A stretch of 64,000 nucleotides of DNA from Candidatus Dormiibacterota bacterium (lineage in GTDB: Bacteria > Chloroflexota > Dormibacteria > Aeolococcales > Aeolococcaceae), in assembly GCA_963756075.1 (NCBI GenBank), contig CAVWMH010000002.1, positions 583,422 to 647,421 on the forward strand. The letters run 5' to 3'. This document shows positions 1-9,473 of this stretch, one piece after another; position 1 is the first letter of the stretch, and every line of letters starts with the position of its first letter. The notes beneath the pieces were generated by a model. That model saw nothing but the letters and a program-made list of their open reading frames with translations. It did not search any database and was not told where the DNA came from. The position numbers and the translations under genes were made by a program.

Positions 1-2
1 AC

Positions 3-803
3 AATCGTGAGCAGCCGCCGTACCGGCCGACCCTTGACGATGCGCATCGCGAGGACCCCGAGCTGCAGGCGATCATCCCCGACAATCCGAATCAGCCGTA
101 CGACATGCGCAACGTCGTCACCCGCGTCGTCGACGACAGCCGGTTTCTCGAGGTGATGCAGTATCACGCCGAGAACATCATCTGCGGTTTCGCCAGGCTT
201 GACGGGCACCCGGTCGGCGTCGTCGGCAATCAACCGCGCGTGCTCGCGGGCGCGCTCGACATCGCCGCCTCCATCAAGGCGGCGCGCTTCGTGCGCTTCT
301 GTGACTCGTTCAATGTGCCGCTGATCACGTTCGTGGACGTCCCCGGCTTCCTCCCGGGCACCGAACAGGAATATGGCGGCATCATCCGGCACGGCGCCAA
401 GCTGCTCTATGCGTACTGCGAGGCGACGGTTCCCAAGCTCACGGTGATCACGCGGAAGGCCTACGGCGGTGCATACGACGTCATGTGCTCCAAGCATATC
501 CGCGCCGACTACAACGTGGCCTGGCCCACCGCGGAAATCGCGGTGATGGGATCGCAGGGTGCGGTCAGCGTCATCTTCAAGCGCGAGATCTCCCAGGCGG
601 CCAACCCGCAGCAGCGCTCGGACGAACTGATCGAGGAATACCGGGAGCAATTCGCCAATCCGTATTTCGCCGCGGAGCGGGGCTACATCGACGATGTGAT
701 CGAGCCGCGACAGACGCGCGGCGCCCTGATCGCCGCGCTGCGCATGGCGCGGAACAAGCAGGTGCCGACGCCGCAACGCAAGCACGGCAACATCCCGCTC
801 TGA
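3..803 (+). CDS. pccB: acyl-CoA (propionyl-CoA) carboxylase carboxyltransferase beta subunit, C-terminal part; 5' end lies outside the window
   Basis: Frame is open from nt 3. Translation [22 protein letters not shown]...[24 protein letters not shown]...KHGNIPL* matches the conserved carboxyltransferase C-terminal half. Confidence 0.9.
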   Translation, partial: NREQPPYRPTLDDAHREDPELQAIIPDNPNQPYDMRNVVTRVVDDSRFLEVMQYHAENIICGFARLDGHPVGVVGNQPRVLAGALDIAASIKAARFVRFCDSFNVPLITFVDVPGFLPGTEQEYGGIIRHGAKLLYAYCEATVPKLTVITRKAYGGAYDVMCSKHIRADYNVAWPTAEIAVMGSQGAVSVIFKREISQAANPQQRSDELIEEYREQFANPYFAAERGYIDDVIEPRQTRGALIAALRMARNKQVPTPQRKHGNIPL

Positions 804-806
804 CGC

Positions 807-1910
807 TCAGCGCGGATTGATGCGCCGGCCGCCCGTCCGTGGTGCCGAGTCCTTCAGGCTGACCGAGAGCGGCACGTACGCCTTCGCGTAGGCGCGGTCG
901 GTGCGCCCCTGCGCATGGTGGATCGCCGGCACAGCCGCGCGCACGAGGAGCACCTGGAGCGCGGCCGCCACCGGAACCGCGAGGAGCGCGCCGATCAAGC
1001 CCTGGATCGCCCCGCCGACAAGCAGCGCGAGCACAACTCCCAGTGCCGGGAGGGACACGACGCGGTTCATGACCATGGGCACCACCGTGTTGGCATCGAC
1101 CAGCTGGATGACCAGCAGCACGGCGAGCACGAGGATCGGATACGCCGGGCTGATCGTGAAGCCGAGCAGCACCGCCGGCACCACACCGATAATCCCGCCC
1201 ACCATCGGAATCGCCGCGGTGAGACCGGCAAAGATGCCGAGGATGACGGAGTCCGGGAGGCCCATGAGCCAGCAGGCGACTCCGACCACGAGCCCGACCG
1301 CGAGGCTGTTGATCGCCACGGCGCGAAGAAAGCCGCCCATGCGGTATCCCATCTCCCGGAAGATGTCGATGACCAGGTCGTGGTGGGCTTCAGGGAACAG
1401 ATCGACGGTGAATGCCTTGAGACGGTCGCTGCTCACCAACCAGAGAAACCCGACCACGAGCACGAGGACGAAGTCGACGATGATGCTGAAGATCGTTCCA
1501 CCGATGGCAAAGAGGATGTTCCGGGTGGCGTCGATGACCGAGCTGACCTGCTTGGCGACATCGACGTTGAAGTGGAACTGGTTCTCGACGCCGGTGAACC
1601 AGCGGAGAAAATCCTTCTGGTAGGTGGGAAAGTTCGTTGCAAGCGACGATGCCTCAGTGACGATCGGTTGCACGAGCAGCAGCACCATCACCCCGATGAA
1701 CGCCAGGACGGCGATGTAGACGATGAGAATTCCCGCGGGCCGCGGGATTCGTCGACGTTGTAGCTCTGCCACGAGCGGCCGTATTCCTTCGGCGAACACG
1801 ATCGCGACCAGCACGACCAGGACGATGCCGATGATGGTGGCGAGGAATGCAACCAGCGCGACGATGCCGAGCACGATGAGCGCCGCGCTCACGAGCGTAC
1901 GCACCGACAC
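807..1910 (-). CDS. AI-2E family transporter (PerM/UPF0118-type membrane protein)
   Basis: Multi-TM protein with the typical AI-2E C-terminal core (...GLPDSVILGIFAGLTAAIPMVGGIIG...VDANTVVPMVMNRVVSLP...). The ORF is open to 2270 but that part is P/R-rich and overlaps the divergent reductase. GTG at 1910 precedes the first TM segment, so the start is uncertain. Confidence 0.75.
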   Translation of the reverse strand: MSVRTLVSAALIVLGIVALVAFLATIIGIVLVVLVAIVFAEGIRPLVAELQRRRIPRPAGILIVYIAVLAFIGVMVLLLVQPIVTEASSLATNFPTYQKDFLRWFTGVENQFHFNVDVAKQVSSVIDATRNILFAIGGTIFSIIVDFVLVLVVGFLWLVSSDRLKAFTVDLFPEAHHDLVIDIFREMGYRMGGFLRAVAINSLAVGLVVGVACWLMGLPDSVILGIFAGLTAAIPMVGGIIGVVPAVLLGFTISPAYPILVLAVLLVIQLVDANTVVPMVMNRVVSLPALGVVLALLVGGAIQGLIGALLAVPVAAALQVLLVRAAVPAIHHAQGRTDRAYAKAYVPLSVSLKDSAPRTGGRRINPR

Positions 1911-2106
1911 GACGTTCGTGCCCTCGCGTCGCGAGGACTGAGGTGGCTCTCTCGCGACGCGGTCGGCAGCCGCCCCGGGGCGAGGTTGATCCGGCTCAGG
2001 CGCCGGAGCTTGGTCTGGTGGAGTCCCGACGACGCGTCTTGCCAACCAGGTCAGCCTAACAGCCTCCGGCTGCTGTGGAGAGACATCCTTTGCGTACCCT
2101 GTCGAC

Positions 2107-3057
2107 GTGAGCGATCTCGAGACTCGTCCTGTCGCCGGGGGCGTTCTCCAGGCAACGGTCGTCGGCCTCGGTTGCAACAACTTCGGGCGCCGCGTGGACG
2201 CACAGGGCACGGCGCGCATCGTGAGCGCGGCGCTCGAGGAGGGGATCACATTCTTCGATACGGCTGACATCTACGGCGGCGGACAGAGTGAGGAGATGCT
2301 CGGCGCAGCACTCACAGGACGCCGTGCAGAGGCCGTGATTGCAACCAAGTTCGGCCATTCGTCGGGTGGCGAGGGGCATAGCGGTGGATCGCGCAGGTAT
2401 GTCCGCATCGCGGTCGAGGCAAGTCTTCGCCGTCTCGACACTGAATGGATCGACCTGTATCAGCTGCATACCCCCGACCCTACGACCCCTGTGGAGGAGA
2501 CACTCGAAGCACTGACCGACCTGGTCAGTGAGGGGAAGATCCGGTGCGCGGGTTCGTCAAACCTCCCGGGGTGGCAGATTGCGGACGCAGACTGGATCGC
2601 GCGGACACGGGGCCTCACCAGGTTCGTGACGGCGCAGAACGAGTACAGCCTGCTCGACCGATCTGTCGAGGGAGCGGTGATCCCCGCATGCGCTCACTTC
2701 GACGTCGGGGTGATTCCATACAGCCCGCTTGCCAACGGGCTGCTCACAGGCAAGCACCGTCGTGGCCAGCCGCCCGTCCCGGGTACGCGACTCGCCACCG
2801 CAGCGGGCGCCAACGCCGATCGCTGGCTCACCGATCACAACTTCGACATCGTTGAAGGGTTGGAGGAGTTCGCCAGCGCGCGTGGCGTCTCGTTGCTCGA
2901 CGTCGTCATCGGCGGCCTGGCCGCACAGCCGCAGGTGATCTCCGTGATTGCCGGCGCGATGTCACCGGAGCAGGTGCGGGCAAATGCGCACGCCGGCCGG
3001 TGGCGTCCGAGCGCCTCAGACCTGGCGGAACTCGACCGGGTCGCTCCGCGCCGATGA
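2107..3057 (+). CDS. aldo/keto reductase
   Basis: 316 aa with GLGCNNFG, GITFFDTADIYGGG and IDLYQLH motifs. The stop overlaps the sucC ATG (ATGA). Confidence 0.9.
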   Translation: MSDLETRPVAGGVLQATVVGLGCNNFGRRVDAQGTARIVSAALEEGITFFDTADIYGGGQSEEMLGAALTGRRAEAVIATKFGHSSGGEGHSGGSRRYVRIAVEASLRRLDTEWIDLYQLHTPDPTTPVEETLEALTDLVSEGKIRCAGSSNLPGWQIADADWIARTRGLTRFVTAQNEYSLLDRSVEGAVIPACAHFDVGVIPYSPLANGLLTGKHRRGQPPVPGTRLATAAGANADRWLTDHNFDIVEGLEEFASARGVSLLDVVIGGLAAQPQVISVIAGAMSPEQVRANAHAGRWRPSASDLAELDRVAPRR

Positions 3058-4244
3058 AGCTGCTCGAGTACCAGGCGAAGCAACGGTTCGCAGCCGCCGG
3101 CATCGCGGTCCCCCCCGGCCGGCTGGCCAGGACTCCTGAAGAGGCGGCAGCCGCGGCTCGTGAGCTCGGGCGCATCGCCGTCAAGGCACAGGTGCCCATC
3201 GGCGGGAGGGGCAAGGCGGGCGGTATCGCCGTGGTCGACACCCCCGAGGAGGCGCAGCGTGAAGCCGCGCGCATCCTGGCGATGGACATCCGCGGCTACC
3301 CGGTGCGAAGCGTCTGGTGCGAGACGGGGCTCAGCATCGACGCTGAGCTGTACCTCGGCATCACCCTCGATCGTGATCGCCGCCGGCTCGTGATCATCTT
3401 CTCGGCCGCGGGCGGGATGGAGATCGAGCAGGTCGCCCTGGAGGCGCCGGAGCGGATCGCGAAGCTGTGGCCCGATCCGTTCGCCGGCCCGCAGCCGTAT
3501 GAGATCCGTCAGCTGGCGTTCGCGGGGCTCGCGCACGCACCCGAGCTTCGCGACCGGGTGCCGAAGCTTGTGAGCGCTCTCGTGGTGCTGACCACTCGCC
3601 TCCATGAGGTCGCAACCTCGCTCGATGCCGTGACCTGCGAGATCAACCCGCTGGTGCTCACGGCCGACGGAATGCTCGTCGCCGCTGACGGAAAGCTCGA
3701 GATTGACGAGAACGCCAACTCCCGCCACAAGGACGTGGCCGAAGAGCTCGCTCGCGACGAGACCGGTGATGACGGTCGAAGCGGGGACGATCCTTTCGAG
3801 GTGGAGGCGCGCAAACGCGGCCTCACCTACGTGCACCTCGACGGGGACATCGGCTGCATCGGCAATGGTGCCGGCCTGACCATGAACACGCTCGACCTCG
3901 TCAAGCAACATGGCGGCGAGCCGGCCGACTTTCTCGATATCGGCGGGGGCGCGAACGCGGAGCGCGTGCGCAACGCGCTCGAGATGGTGCTGCTCGACCC
4001 CAAGGTGCGCGGCGTGTTCATCAACATCTTCGGCGGTATCACCCGAGGCGACGAGGTCGCGCGGGGGATCATCGCCGCCCGCGACGAGCTGCACATCACC
4101 AAGCCTCTTGTGGTGCGCATGACCGGCACCATGGAAGAGGAGGGACGGCGATTGCTGCAGGACGCGGGGATTGTGCCGGCGAAGACGGCGACCGAGGCGG
4201 CCATGAGCATCGTCGCGCTGGCGCGGCAGGAGGGAAGGGCATGA
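3054..4244 (+). CDS. sucC: succinate--CoA ligase (ADP-forming) beta subunit
   Basis: Starts MKLLEYQAKQRFAAAGI at an ATG overlapping the upstream stop. ATP-grasp plus CoA-ligase domains run over the full length. The 18-codon upstream extension in the ORF track is rejected. Confidence 0.93.
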   Translation: MKLLEYQAKQRFAAAGIAVPPGRLARTPEEAAAAARELGRIAVKAQVPIGGRGKAGGIAVVDTPEEAQREAARILAMDIRGYPVRSVWCETGLSIDAELYLGITLDRDRRRLVIIFSAAGGMEIEQVALEAPERIAKLWPDPFAGPQPYEIRQLAFAGLAHAPELRDRVPKLVSALVVLTTRLHEVATSLDAVTCEINPLVLTADGMLVAADGKLEIDENANSRHKDVAEELARDETGDDGRSGDDPFEVEARKRGLTYVHLDGDIGCIGNGAGLTMNTLDLVKQHGGEPADFLDIGGGANAERVRNALEMVLLDPKVRGVFINIFGGITRGDEVARGIIAARDELHITKPLVVRMTGTMEEEGRRLLQDAGIVPAKTATEAAMSIVALARQEGRA

Positions 4245-4258
4245 ACTGCGGTGGGCAC

Positions 4259-4384
4259 CAGGGTGCGGAAGGCATGGACGGAGGAGGCCGTTCGGCGCCC
4301 GGGCTCACTCTCGCGCGAGAGCGGGGGTGGAGCGGCGAAGGCGTGCAGATCGGCCCTCCGCCGTTCATGCCCTCCCCGCCTGGG
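4259..4384. repeat. ~126-nt nested imperfect palindromic element filling the sucC-sucD spacer
   Basis: The left arm 4259-4290 pairs with the right arm 4351-4384 (about 24 of 32 positions by eye). A perfect 14-bp palindrome CTCTCGCGCGAGAG lies at 4308-4321. No plausible coding frame. Confidence 0.7.
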
Positions 4385-4391
4385 ACGCGTC

Positions 4392-5276
4392 ATGAGCGTG
4401 CTTGTCGATCGCGACAGCCGCGTGCTTATCCAGGGCATAACCGGGCGCGAGGGCAGCTTTCATACCGCTCAGATGCGTGCCTTTGGCACCAACATCGTTG
4501 CGGGCGTGTCCCCCGGGAAGGGCGGCGGTGATCAGGACGGGGTGCCGATCTTCGACACGGTCGCTGACGCGGTGGCGGCAACCGGCGCCGACGTGTCGGG
4601 GATCTTTGTCCCGCCTGCATTTGCCGCGGACGCGATCATGGAATCGGCAGCATCCGGGATCGAGCTGACCGTGTGCATCACCGAGCTCATCCCGGTGCAC
4701 GACATGATCCGCGCACGCGAGTTCGTCATCCGCAGCGGGCATCAGCTGCTCGGAGCCAACTGCCCGGGGATCGTGACCCCTGGTCAGTGCAAGGTGGGCA
4801 TCATCCCGAACCACATCAACACGCCGGGACCGGTGGGGATCGTGGGGCGCAGCGGGACGCTGACCTATGAGGTGATCCAGGGACTCGGTCAGGCGGGAAT
4901 GGGTCAGACCACGTCGGTAGGGATCGGCGGCGACCCGGTGATGGGCCTGAGCTTCCCCGACGTTCTGCAGCGCTTCGCCGATGATCCTGAGACTCGCGCT
5001 GTGGTGCTCATCGGCGAGATCGGTGGTTCCGACGAGGAGACCGCAGCAGCGTGGGTGCGCGATACCGGTTTCGACAAGCCGGTCGTGGCGTTCATCTCCG
5101 GACGCACTGCGCCGCCGGGGAAGCGCATGGGCCACGCCGGCGCCATCATCAGTGGCAATACCGGCAGCGCGCAGAGCAAGCTCGACGCCCTGACCGCGGC
5201 CGGCGCCGACATCGCCGACACCATCGAAGACGTGGTTCGGCTGACCGCCGCGAGACTGGGCGCGCACTCTCGCTGA
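4392..5276 (+). CDS. sucD: succinate--CoA ligase alpha subunit
   Basis: [24 protein letters not shown]... and the phosphohistidine loop [10 protein letters not shown]. The 47-codon N-terminal extension from 4251 only translates the palindromic spacer. Confidence 0.93.
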   Translation: MSVLVDRDSRVLIQGITGREGSFHTAQMRAFGTNIVAGVSPGKGGGDQDGVPIFDTVADAVAATGADVSGIFVPPAFAADAIMESAASGIELTVCITELIPVHDMIRAREFVIRSGHQLLGANCPGIVTPGQCKVGIIPNHINTPGPVGIVGRSGTLTYEVIQGLGQAGMGQTTSVGIGGDPVMGLSFPDVLQRFADDPETRAVVLIGEIGGSDEETAAAWVRDTGFDKPVVAFISGRTAPPGKRMGHAGAIISGNTGSAQSKLDALTAAGADIADTIEDVVRLTAARLGAHSR

Positions 5277-5298
5277 GAGGCGTGCCCGGGCGGGTGCG

Positions 5299-5673
5299 CT
5301 AGCCGCGCACGCGGAGCACGATCACCGCGGCGATGTATGCGAGGCCGGCGATCGCGCCGAGCCAGTCATAGGGTTCGCCGCTATGGCCGCGCGCCACCTC
5401 GACGATGAAGGCGACGATCACCGCGACGATCAGCGCCAGTCCAGTCAGCGCAGTGGCCTGCAGGTCGAGCATTGCAAAGCGCTCGTCGCGGCCGTCGCCC
5501 CGCAGGCCGCGAACGGTCTCGCTCCGCCCACCGAGCAGCACCGCCGCCCCGAACACGACCATGATTCCGAGGCTCCAGAGTCCGAGGACCGGCTGGTGAC
5601 CCACGATGTTCGCCCCGAGCAGGACGACTCCCATCACGACGCTGAACGCCGGGATGGTCCACTTGGAGTGCAT
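5299..5673 (-). CDS. small integral membrane protein (about 4 TM), co-oriented 4 nt downstream of the XRE regulator
   Basis: MHSKWTIPAFSVVMGVVLLG... has four hydrophobic spans. The longer ORF to 5829 overlaps the regulator gene in another frame. Confidence 0.6.
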   Translation of the reverse strand: MHSKWTIPAFSVVMGVVLLGANIVGHQPVLGLWSLGIMVVFGAAVLLGGRSETVRGLRGDGRDERFAMLDLQATALTGLALIVAVIVAFIVEVARGHSGEPYDWLGAIAGLAYIAAVIVLRVRG

Positions 5674-5677
5674 CACG

Positions 5678-5887
5678 TCACGCCTTCCGCCCGTTGTCGT
5701 CGACATGGAACAGGTCCTCCACGCTGGTGCCGAAGAACCGGGCCAGCTCGATGGCGAGCGGCAGGGAGGGGGTGTAGCGCTCAGTCTCGATGGCATTGAT
5801 GGTTTGCCGCGAGACACCGAGCGCGTCACCGAGATCTCCCTGCGACAGCCCCCGCGCTGACCTGAGTTCCCGGACGTCGTTTCGCAT
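5678..5887 (-). CDS. XRE-family helix-turn-helix transcriptional regulator (about 69 aa)
   Basis: MRNDVRELRSARGLSQGDLGDALGVSRQTINAIETERYTPSLPLAIELARFF is a canonical Cro/C1 HTH. I prefer the ATG at 5887 over the GTG at 5908 because the palindrome lies upstream of it. Confidence 0.85.
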   Translation of the reverse strand: MRNDVRELRSARGLSQGDLGDALGVSRQTINAIETERYTPSLPLAIELARFFGTSVEDLFHVDDNGRKA

Positions 5888-5890
5888 GGT

Positions 5891-5935
5891 GTAAAGCTTA
5901 CTTGACACCGGATGGGAGTGTCAAGTGTGCTTTAC
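5891..5935. promoter_or_regulatory. candidate operator/promoter palindrome of the XRE gene
   Basis: GTAAAGCTTACTTGACAC-N9-GTGTCAAGTGTGCTTTAC has 18-nt arms with 2 mismatches. Each arm carries TTGACA. It starts 4 nt upstream of the XRE ATG, suggesting a leaderless-type arrangement. Confidence 0.5.
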
Positions 5936-5983
5936 ATGCCGACCTGCATCGACGCCCTCTCGCCGCGCTACCGTTAGGTTCGA

Positions 5984-7162
5984 GTGAACTTCGATCTCAG
6001 TGACGAGCAGCGTCACATTCGCAACGTGGTACGGGATTTCGCGCAGGCGGAGATCGCACCGGTAGCCGCCCATTACGACGAGACGGGGGAGTTTCCCTAC
6101 GACCTGGTCGCGGGCATGGCGAGGCTCGGGTTGTTTGCACTCCCTTTTCCCGCGGAGATCGGCGGCGCCGGCGGAGACTTCATCGCCTACTGCCTCGCCA
6201 TGGAGGAGATCGCTCGCGCCGACGCGAGCTGCGCGATCACCCTCGAGGCCGCGGTCTCCCTGGGGATCTCGCCGATCGCCAGGTTCGGCTCCCGCGAACA
6301 GCAGCAACGCTGGCTCCCACAGCTCATGGCCGGCGAGCGGCTCTGGGCGTTCGGGCTCACCGAGCCCGATGCGGGCTCGGACGCTGCAGCCACGCAGACC
6401 AGCGCTGTGCGTGACGGTGATCACTGGGTCATCAACGGCCGCAAGGCGTTCATCACCAATGCCGGGACCGACATCAGCGCTGGGGTCACCATCACCGCGG
6501 TCACGGGATCGCAGAACGGCCACAAGGAGATCAGCACGATCGCAGTGGAGCGGGGAACTCCCGGATACTCGCAGGCTCCCAAGTACCGCAAGCTCGGTTG
6601 GCACGCGTCCGATACCCGCGAACTGATCTTCGAGGACTGCCGGGTTCCAGCCGGCAATCTGGTCGGCGTGCGTGGCGATGGGTTGACTCAGTTCCTCCAG
6701 ATCCTCGAGGGCGGGCGTGTCGCTATCGCGGCACTCTCGGTCGGCGTGGCTCAGGCGTGCCTCGACGCATCGCTCGCCTATTCGGCGGCCCGACACCAGT
6801 TCGGCGTGCCGATCGCCAAGTTCCAGGCAACGCAGTTCAAGCTCGCCGATATGGGCACGCAGATCGAGCTGGCCCGGCTGATGACCTGGCGCGCCGCCGC
6901 GGCGATCGATGCAGGGAGGAGTCCCGCGCCGTACGCCTCGATGGCGAAGCTGCACGCGTCCGAGGTCGCCACCGCCTGCGCGAACCAGGCCGTCCAGATC
7001 CACGGCGGGATGGGATTCATGGAGGAATCTCCCGTCGCCCGCCTCTATCGCGACGTCAAGATCAATGAGATCGGTGAGGGAACGAGCGAAGTCCAGCGGA
7101 TCCTGATCGCGCGACACCTGCTGCGTCCTTACGAGGTCCTGGAGTCCGACCGTGGCAACTGA
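5984..7162 (+). CDS. acyl-CoA dehydrogenase
   Basis: 392 aa with a full-length ACAD fold signature (...GLTEPDAGSD..., ...IHGGMGFMEE..., ...INEIGEGTSEVQR...). Confidence 0.92.
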   Translation: MNFDLSDEQRHIRNVVRDFAQAEIAPVAAHYDETGEFPYDLVAGMARLGLFALPFPAEIGGAGGDFIAYCLAMEEIARADASCAITLEAAVSLGISPIARFGSREQQQRWLPQLMAGERLWAFGLTEPDAGSDAAATQTSAVRDGDHWVINGRKAFITNAGTDISAGVTITAVTGSQNGHKEISTIAVERGTPGYSQAPKYRKLGWHASDTRELIFEDCRVPAGNLVGVRGDGLTQFLQILEGGRVAIAALSVGVAQACLDASLAYSAARHQFGVPIAKFQATQFKLADMGTQIELARLMTWRAAAAIDAGRSPAPYASMAKLHASEVATACANQAVQIHGGMGFMEESPVARLYRDVKINEIGEGTSEVQRILIARHLLRPYEVLESDRGN

Positions 7163-8327
7163 TCCAGTCATCGTTGCGGCGGCACGAACGCCGTTCGGCA
7201 AGCTGGGTGGCGCGCTCGCGGCAGTGCCGGCCGTCGACCTCGGCGCGCGGGTCATCCGCGAGGTGCTCGAGCGAACCGGCACCGATCCGGGGTCGGTGGA
7301 TCAGCTGATCATGGGCATGGTCCTTGCCGCCGGGCAGGGGCAGGTGCCGTCGCGTCAGGCCGGATTGCGCGCGGGGCTTCCGGCGAGCGTTTCCTCGTTC
7401 ACGGTGAACAAGGTCTGCGCCAGCGCCCTCAAGGCAGTGAATCTCGGAGCGCTGCTCATACGCTCAGGCGAGGCTGATGTCGTCGTCGCCGGCGGGATGG
7501 AGTCGATGTCGCGTTCGCCGTACCTCCTCGAGGATCAGCGATTCGGCAGCCGCTTCGGGGATCGGGTCGCCGTCGACAGCATGATGCGCGACGGACTGTG
7601 CTGCCCCGTCGACGGTGTGCTCATGGGCGTGCACGGCAGCGACGTGGCTTCCGAGCTCGGCGTCAGTCGCGAGGAGCAGGATGCCTGGGCGTACCGTTCC
7701 CAGGTGCGCTATCAGGAGGCACTTGCTGCGGGGCGATTTGCCGACGAGATCGTGCCGGTGAGCGTCAACGGTGCCGCGGTCACGCGCGATGAACAACCGC
7801 GCGCGGACACGACGCTCGAAAAGCTCACGGCGCTGAGAGGTGCGTTCGGCGATGGCACGACGATCACCGCGGGGAACGCGCCTGGCATGAACGATGGCGC
7901 CAGCGCCGTCCTGCTGATGAGCGCGGAACGGGCGCGCGCCGAAGGATTGACCCCGCTCGGCACCTGGCTCACGTACGGCGAATCGGCCGCTGAGCACCCC
8001 TACCTGGCGACCGTGCCGGCGCTCGCCATCGAGGCTGCGCTTGCGAAAACACGCGGTGACGTGGATGCCGGGATGCTCGACCTGGTGGAGATCAACGAGG
8101 CTTTTGCGGCGGTCGCCATCACGAGCGCCAGGATGCTCGAGGTGGATCCGGAGCAGGTCAACGTCAACGGCGGTGCGATAGCCGTCGGCCACCCCATCGG
8201 TGCGAGTGGAGCCCGGATACTCATGACGCTCCTCTACGAGTTGCGCCGCCGCGGCGGCGGGTACGGCGCCGCCGGGATCTGCAGCGGGATCGCGCAGGGC
8301 GAGGCAACGCTCGTCCGTGTCGACTGA
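7152..8327 (+). CDS. acetyl-CoA C-acetyltransferase (thiolase II)
   Basis: [10 protein letters not shown], active-site region [10 protein letters not shown], and [16 protein letters not shown]. It overlaps both flanking ACAD genes by 11 nt. Confidence 0.92.
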   Translation: MATDPVIVAAARTPFGKLGGALAAVPAVDLGARVIREVLERTGTDPGSVDQLIMGMVLAAGQGQVPSRQAGLRAGLPASVSSFTVNKVCASALKAVNLGALLIRSGEADVVVAGGMESMSRSPYLLEDQRFGSRFGDRVAVDSMMRDGLCCPVDGVLMGVHGSDVASELGVSREEQDAWAYRSQVRYQEALAAGRFADEIVPVSVNGAAVTRDEQPRADTTLEKLTALRGAFGDGTTITAGNAPGMNDGASAVLLMSAERARAEGLTPLGTWLTYGESAAEHPYLATVPALAIEAALAKTRGDVDAGMLDLVEINEAFAAVAITSARMLEVDPEQVNVNGGAIAVGHPIGASGARILMTLLYELRRRGGGYGAAGICSGIAQGEATLVRVD

Positions 8328-9435
8328 CATCGACGGCACGGGGCTCGCCGGCCGCATTGCGGGCTTTGTCGACGAGGTCATCACGCCGATCGCACCCGCG
8401 ACGGCCCGCGGCGATGGTCCGTCTCCGCGGAGAATCGTTGAGGCTGCAGGCGAAGCCGGTCTCGCCGGCATCCTGACACCGGCGTCGTTCGGCGGTGCCG
8501 GCGGGACTCATCGCGACTTCGTTCGATTCATCGAGTCGGTGGCGCGCGCCGATGCCAGCTGCGCGGTGATCCTTGACGTCCATCTGTCTGTCGGCACCGA
8601 GCCATTGCTGGTTTTCGGCAACGATGACCAGAAGTCGCGGTATCTGCGCAAGCTCGGCGGCGGCGAATGGCTCGCGGCGTTCGCCCTGACCGAGGCCGGC
8701 GGAGGCAGTGACGCGGTCGCGATGCGGACGCGCGCGGTGCGTGACGGCGACACCTATGTTCTCGACGGGGCCAAGGCGTTCATCACCGGTGCAGGAGACG
8801 CCGATCTCTACATCGTCATGGCGCGCACGGGCGACGGCGCTCACGGGATCAGCGCCTTTCTCGTCGAGGCGTCGTTGCCGGGCGTGAGCGCCGGCGCGCC
8901 GCTCGCCAAGATGGGACTGCACGGCTCCTGGACCGGAGAGCTCGTGCTCGACGGTGTCCGCGTCCCCGCGGCGAACCGCCTCGGCGACGAGGGTATGGGT
9001 TTCACTGTGGCGATGTCGGCGCTCGACAGCGGGAAAGTCGGAATCTCCGCGCAGGCTGTCGGCATCGCGCAGGGGTCGCTCGATGCCGCACTGGAAGCGT
9101 CGCGCCGGCGTGCGAGCATCGGATCGGACGTGGACATGACGGCGATAGCGGACATGGAGGTCATGACGGCCGCGGCTCGCCAGCTGACCCGACATGCCGC
9201 GGCATTGGTTGACGCAGGCGGTCGTGTAACCCTCGACGCTGCGATCGCCAAGCTGTACTCCACGGATGCGTGCGTTGCGGTGGCGCAGTCCGCCGTGGAC
9301 CTGTGCGCGCCCGAGTCGGGGTCGGACGACCATCCCGCCGCGGTCCGCTTCCGCGACGCGAAGGCGTGCCAGATCTACGAGGGGACCAATCAGATCCAGC
9401 GGGTGGTCATCGCCCGTCATCTCCTCACCGGCTGA
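8317..9435 (+). CDS. acyl-CoA dehydrogenase
   Basis: 372 aa with ...ALTEAGGGSD... and ...IYEGTNQIQR... Confidence 0.9.
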   Translation: MSTDIDGTGLAGRIAGFVDEVITPIAPATARGDGPSPRRIVEAAGEAGLAGILTPASFGGAGGTHRDFVRFIESVARADASCAVILDVHLSVGTEPLLVFGNDDQKSRYLRKLGGGEWLAAFALTEAGGGSDAVAMRTRAVRDGDTYVLDGAKAFITGAGDADLYIVMARTGDGAHGISAFLVEASLPGVSAGAPLAKMGLHGSWTGELVLDGVRVPAANRLGDEGMGFTVAMSALDSGKVGISAQAVGIAQGSLDAALEASRRRASIGSDVDMTAIADMEVMTAAARQLTRHAAALVDAGGRVTLDAAIAKLYSTDACVAVAQSAVDLCAPESGSDDHPAAVRFRDAKACQIYEGTNQIQRVVIARHLLTG

Positions 9436-9473
9436 ACCGGACTCGCCTCTGACGGCTTGGTAGCATCAGCCGA

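Noticed and set aside
2835-4094. Long antisense or off-frame ORFs throughout the window. Examples: 2835-4094(-), 5921-7282(-), 8221-9420(-), 17086-18984(-), 22408-24579(-), 32502-34202(-), 32894-35107(+), 44048-45442(+), 48559-50262(-), 53610-54596(+), 60100-61224(-).
   Set aside because: Each lies opposite to or out of frame with a gene that has clear family motifs. Their translations are Arg/Pro/Gly/Ala-rich low-complexity sequence, typical of stop-poor alternative frames in ~70% GC DNA.
4251-4391. N-terminal extension of sucD (47 codons) and similar upstream extensions of sucC, apt, nfuA, the flippase, amt, mutase and rhodanese ORFs in the six-frame track.
   Set aside because: The extensions precede the point where family homology starts, are compositionally aberrant, and often overlap the neighbouring gene or a palindromic spacer. 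Internal ATG/GTG codons at the homology boundary fit better.
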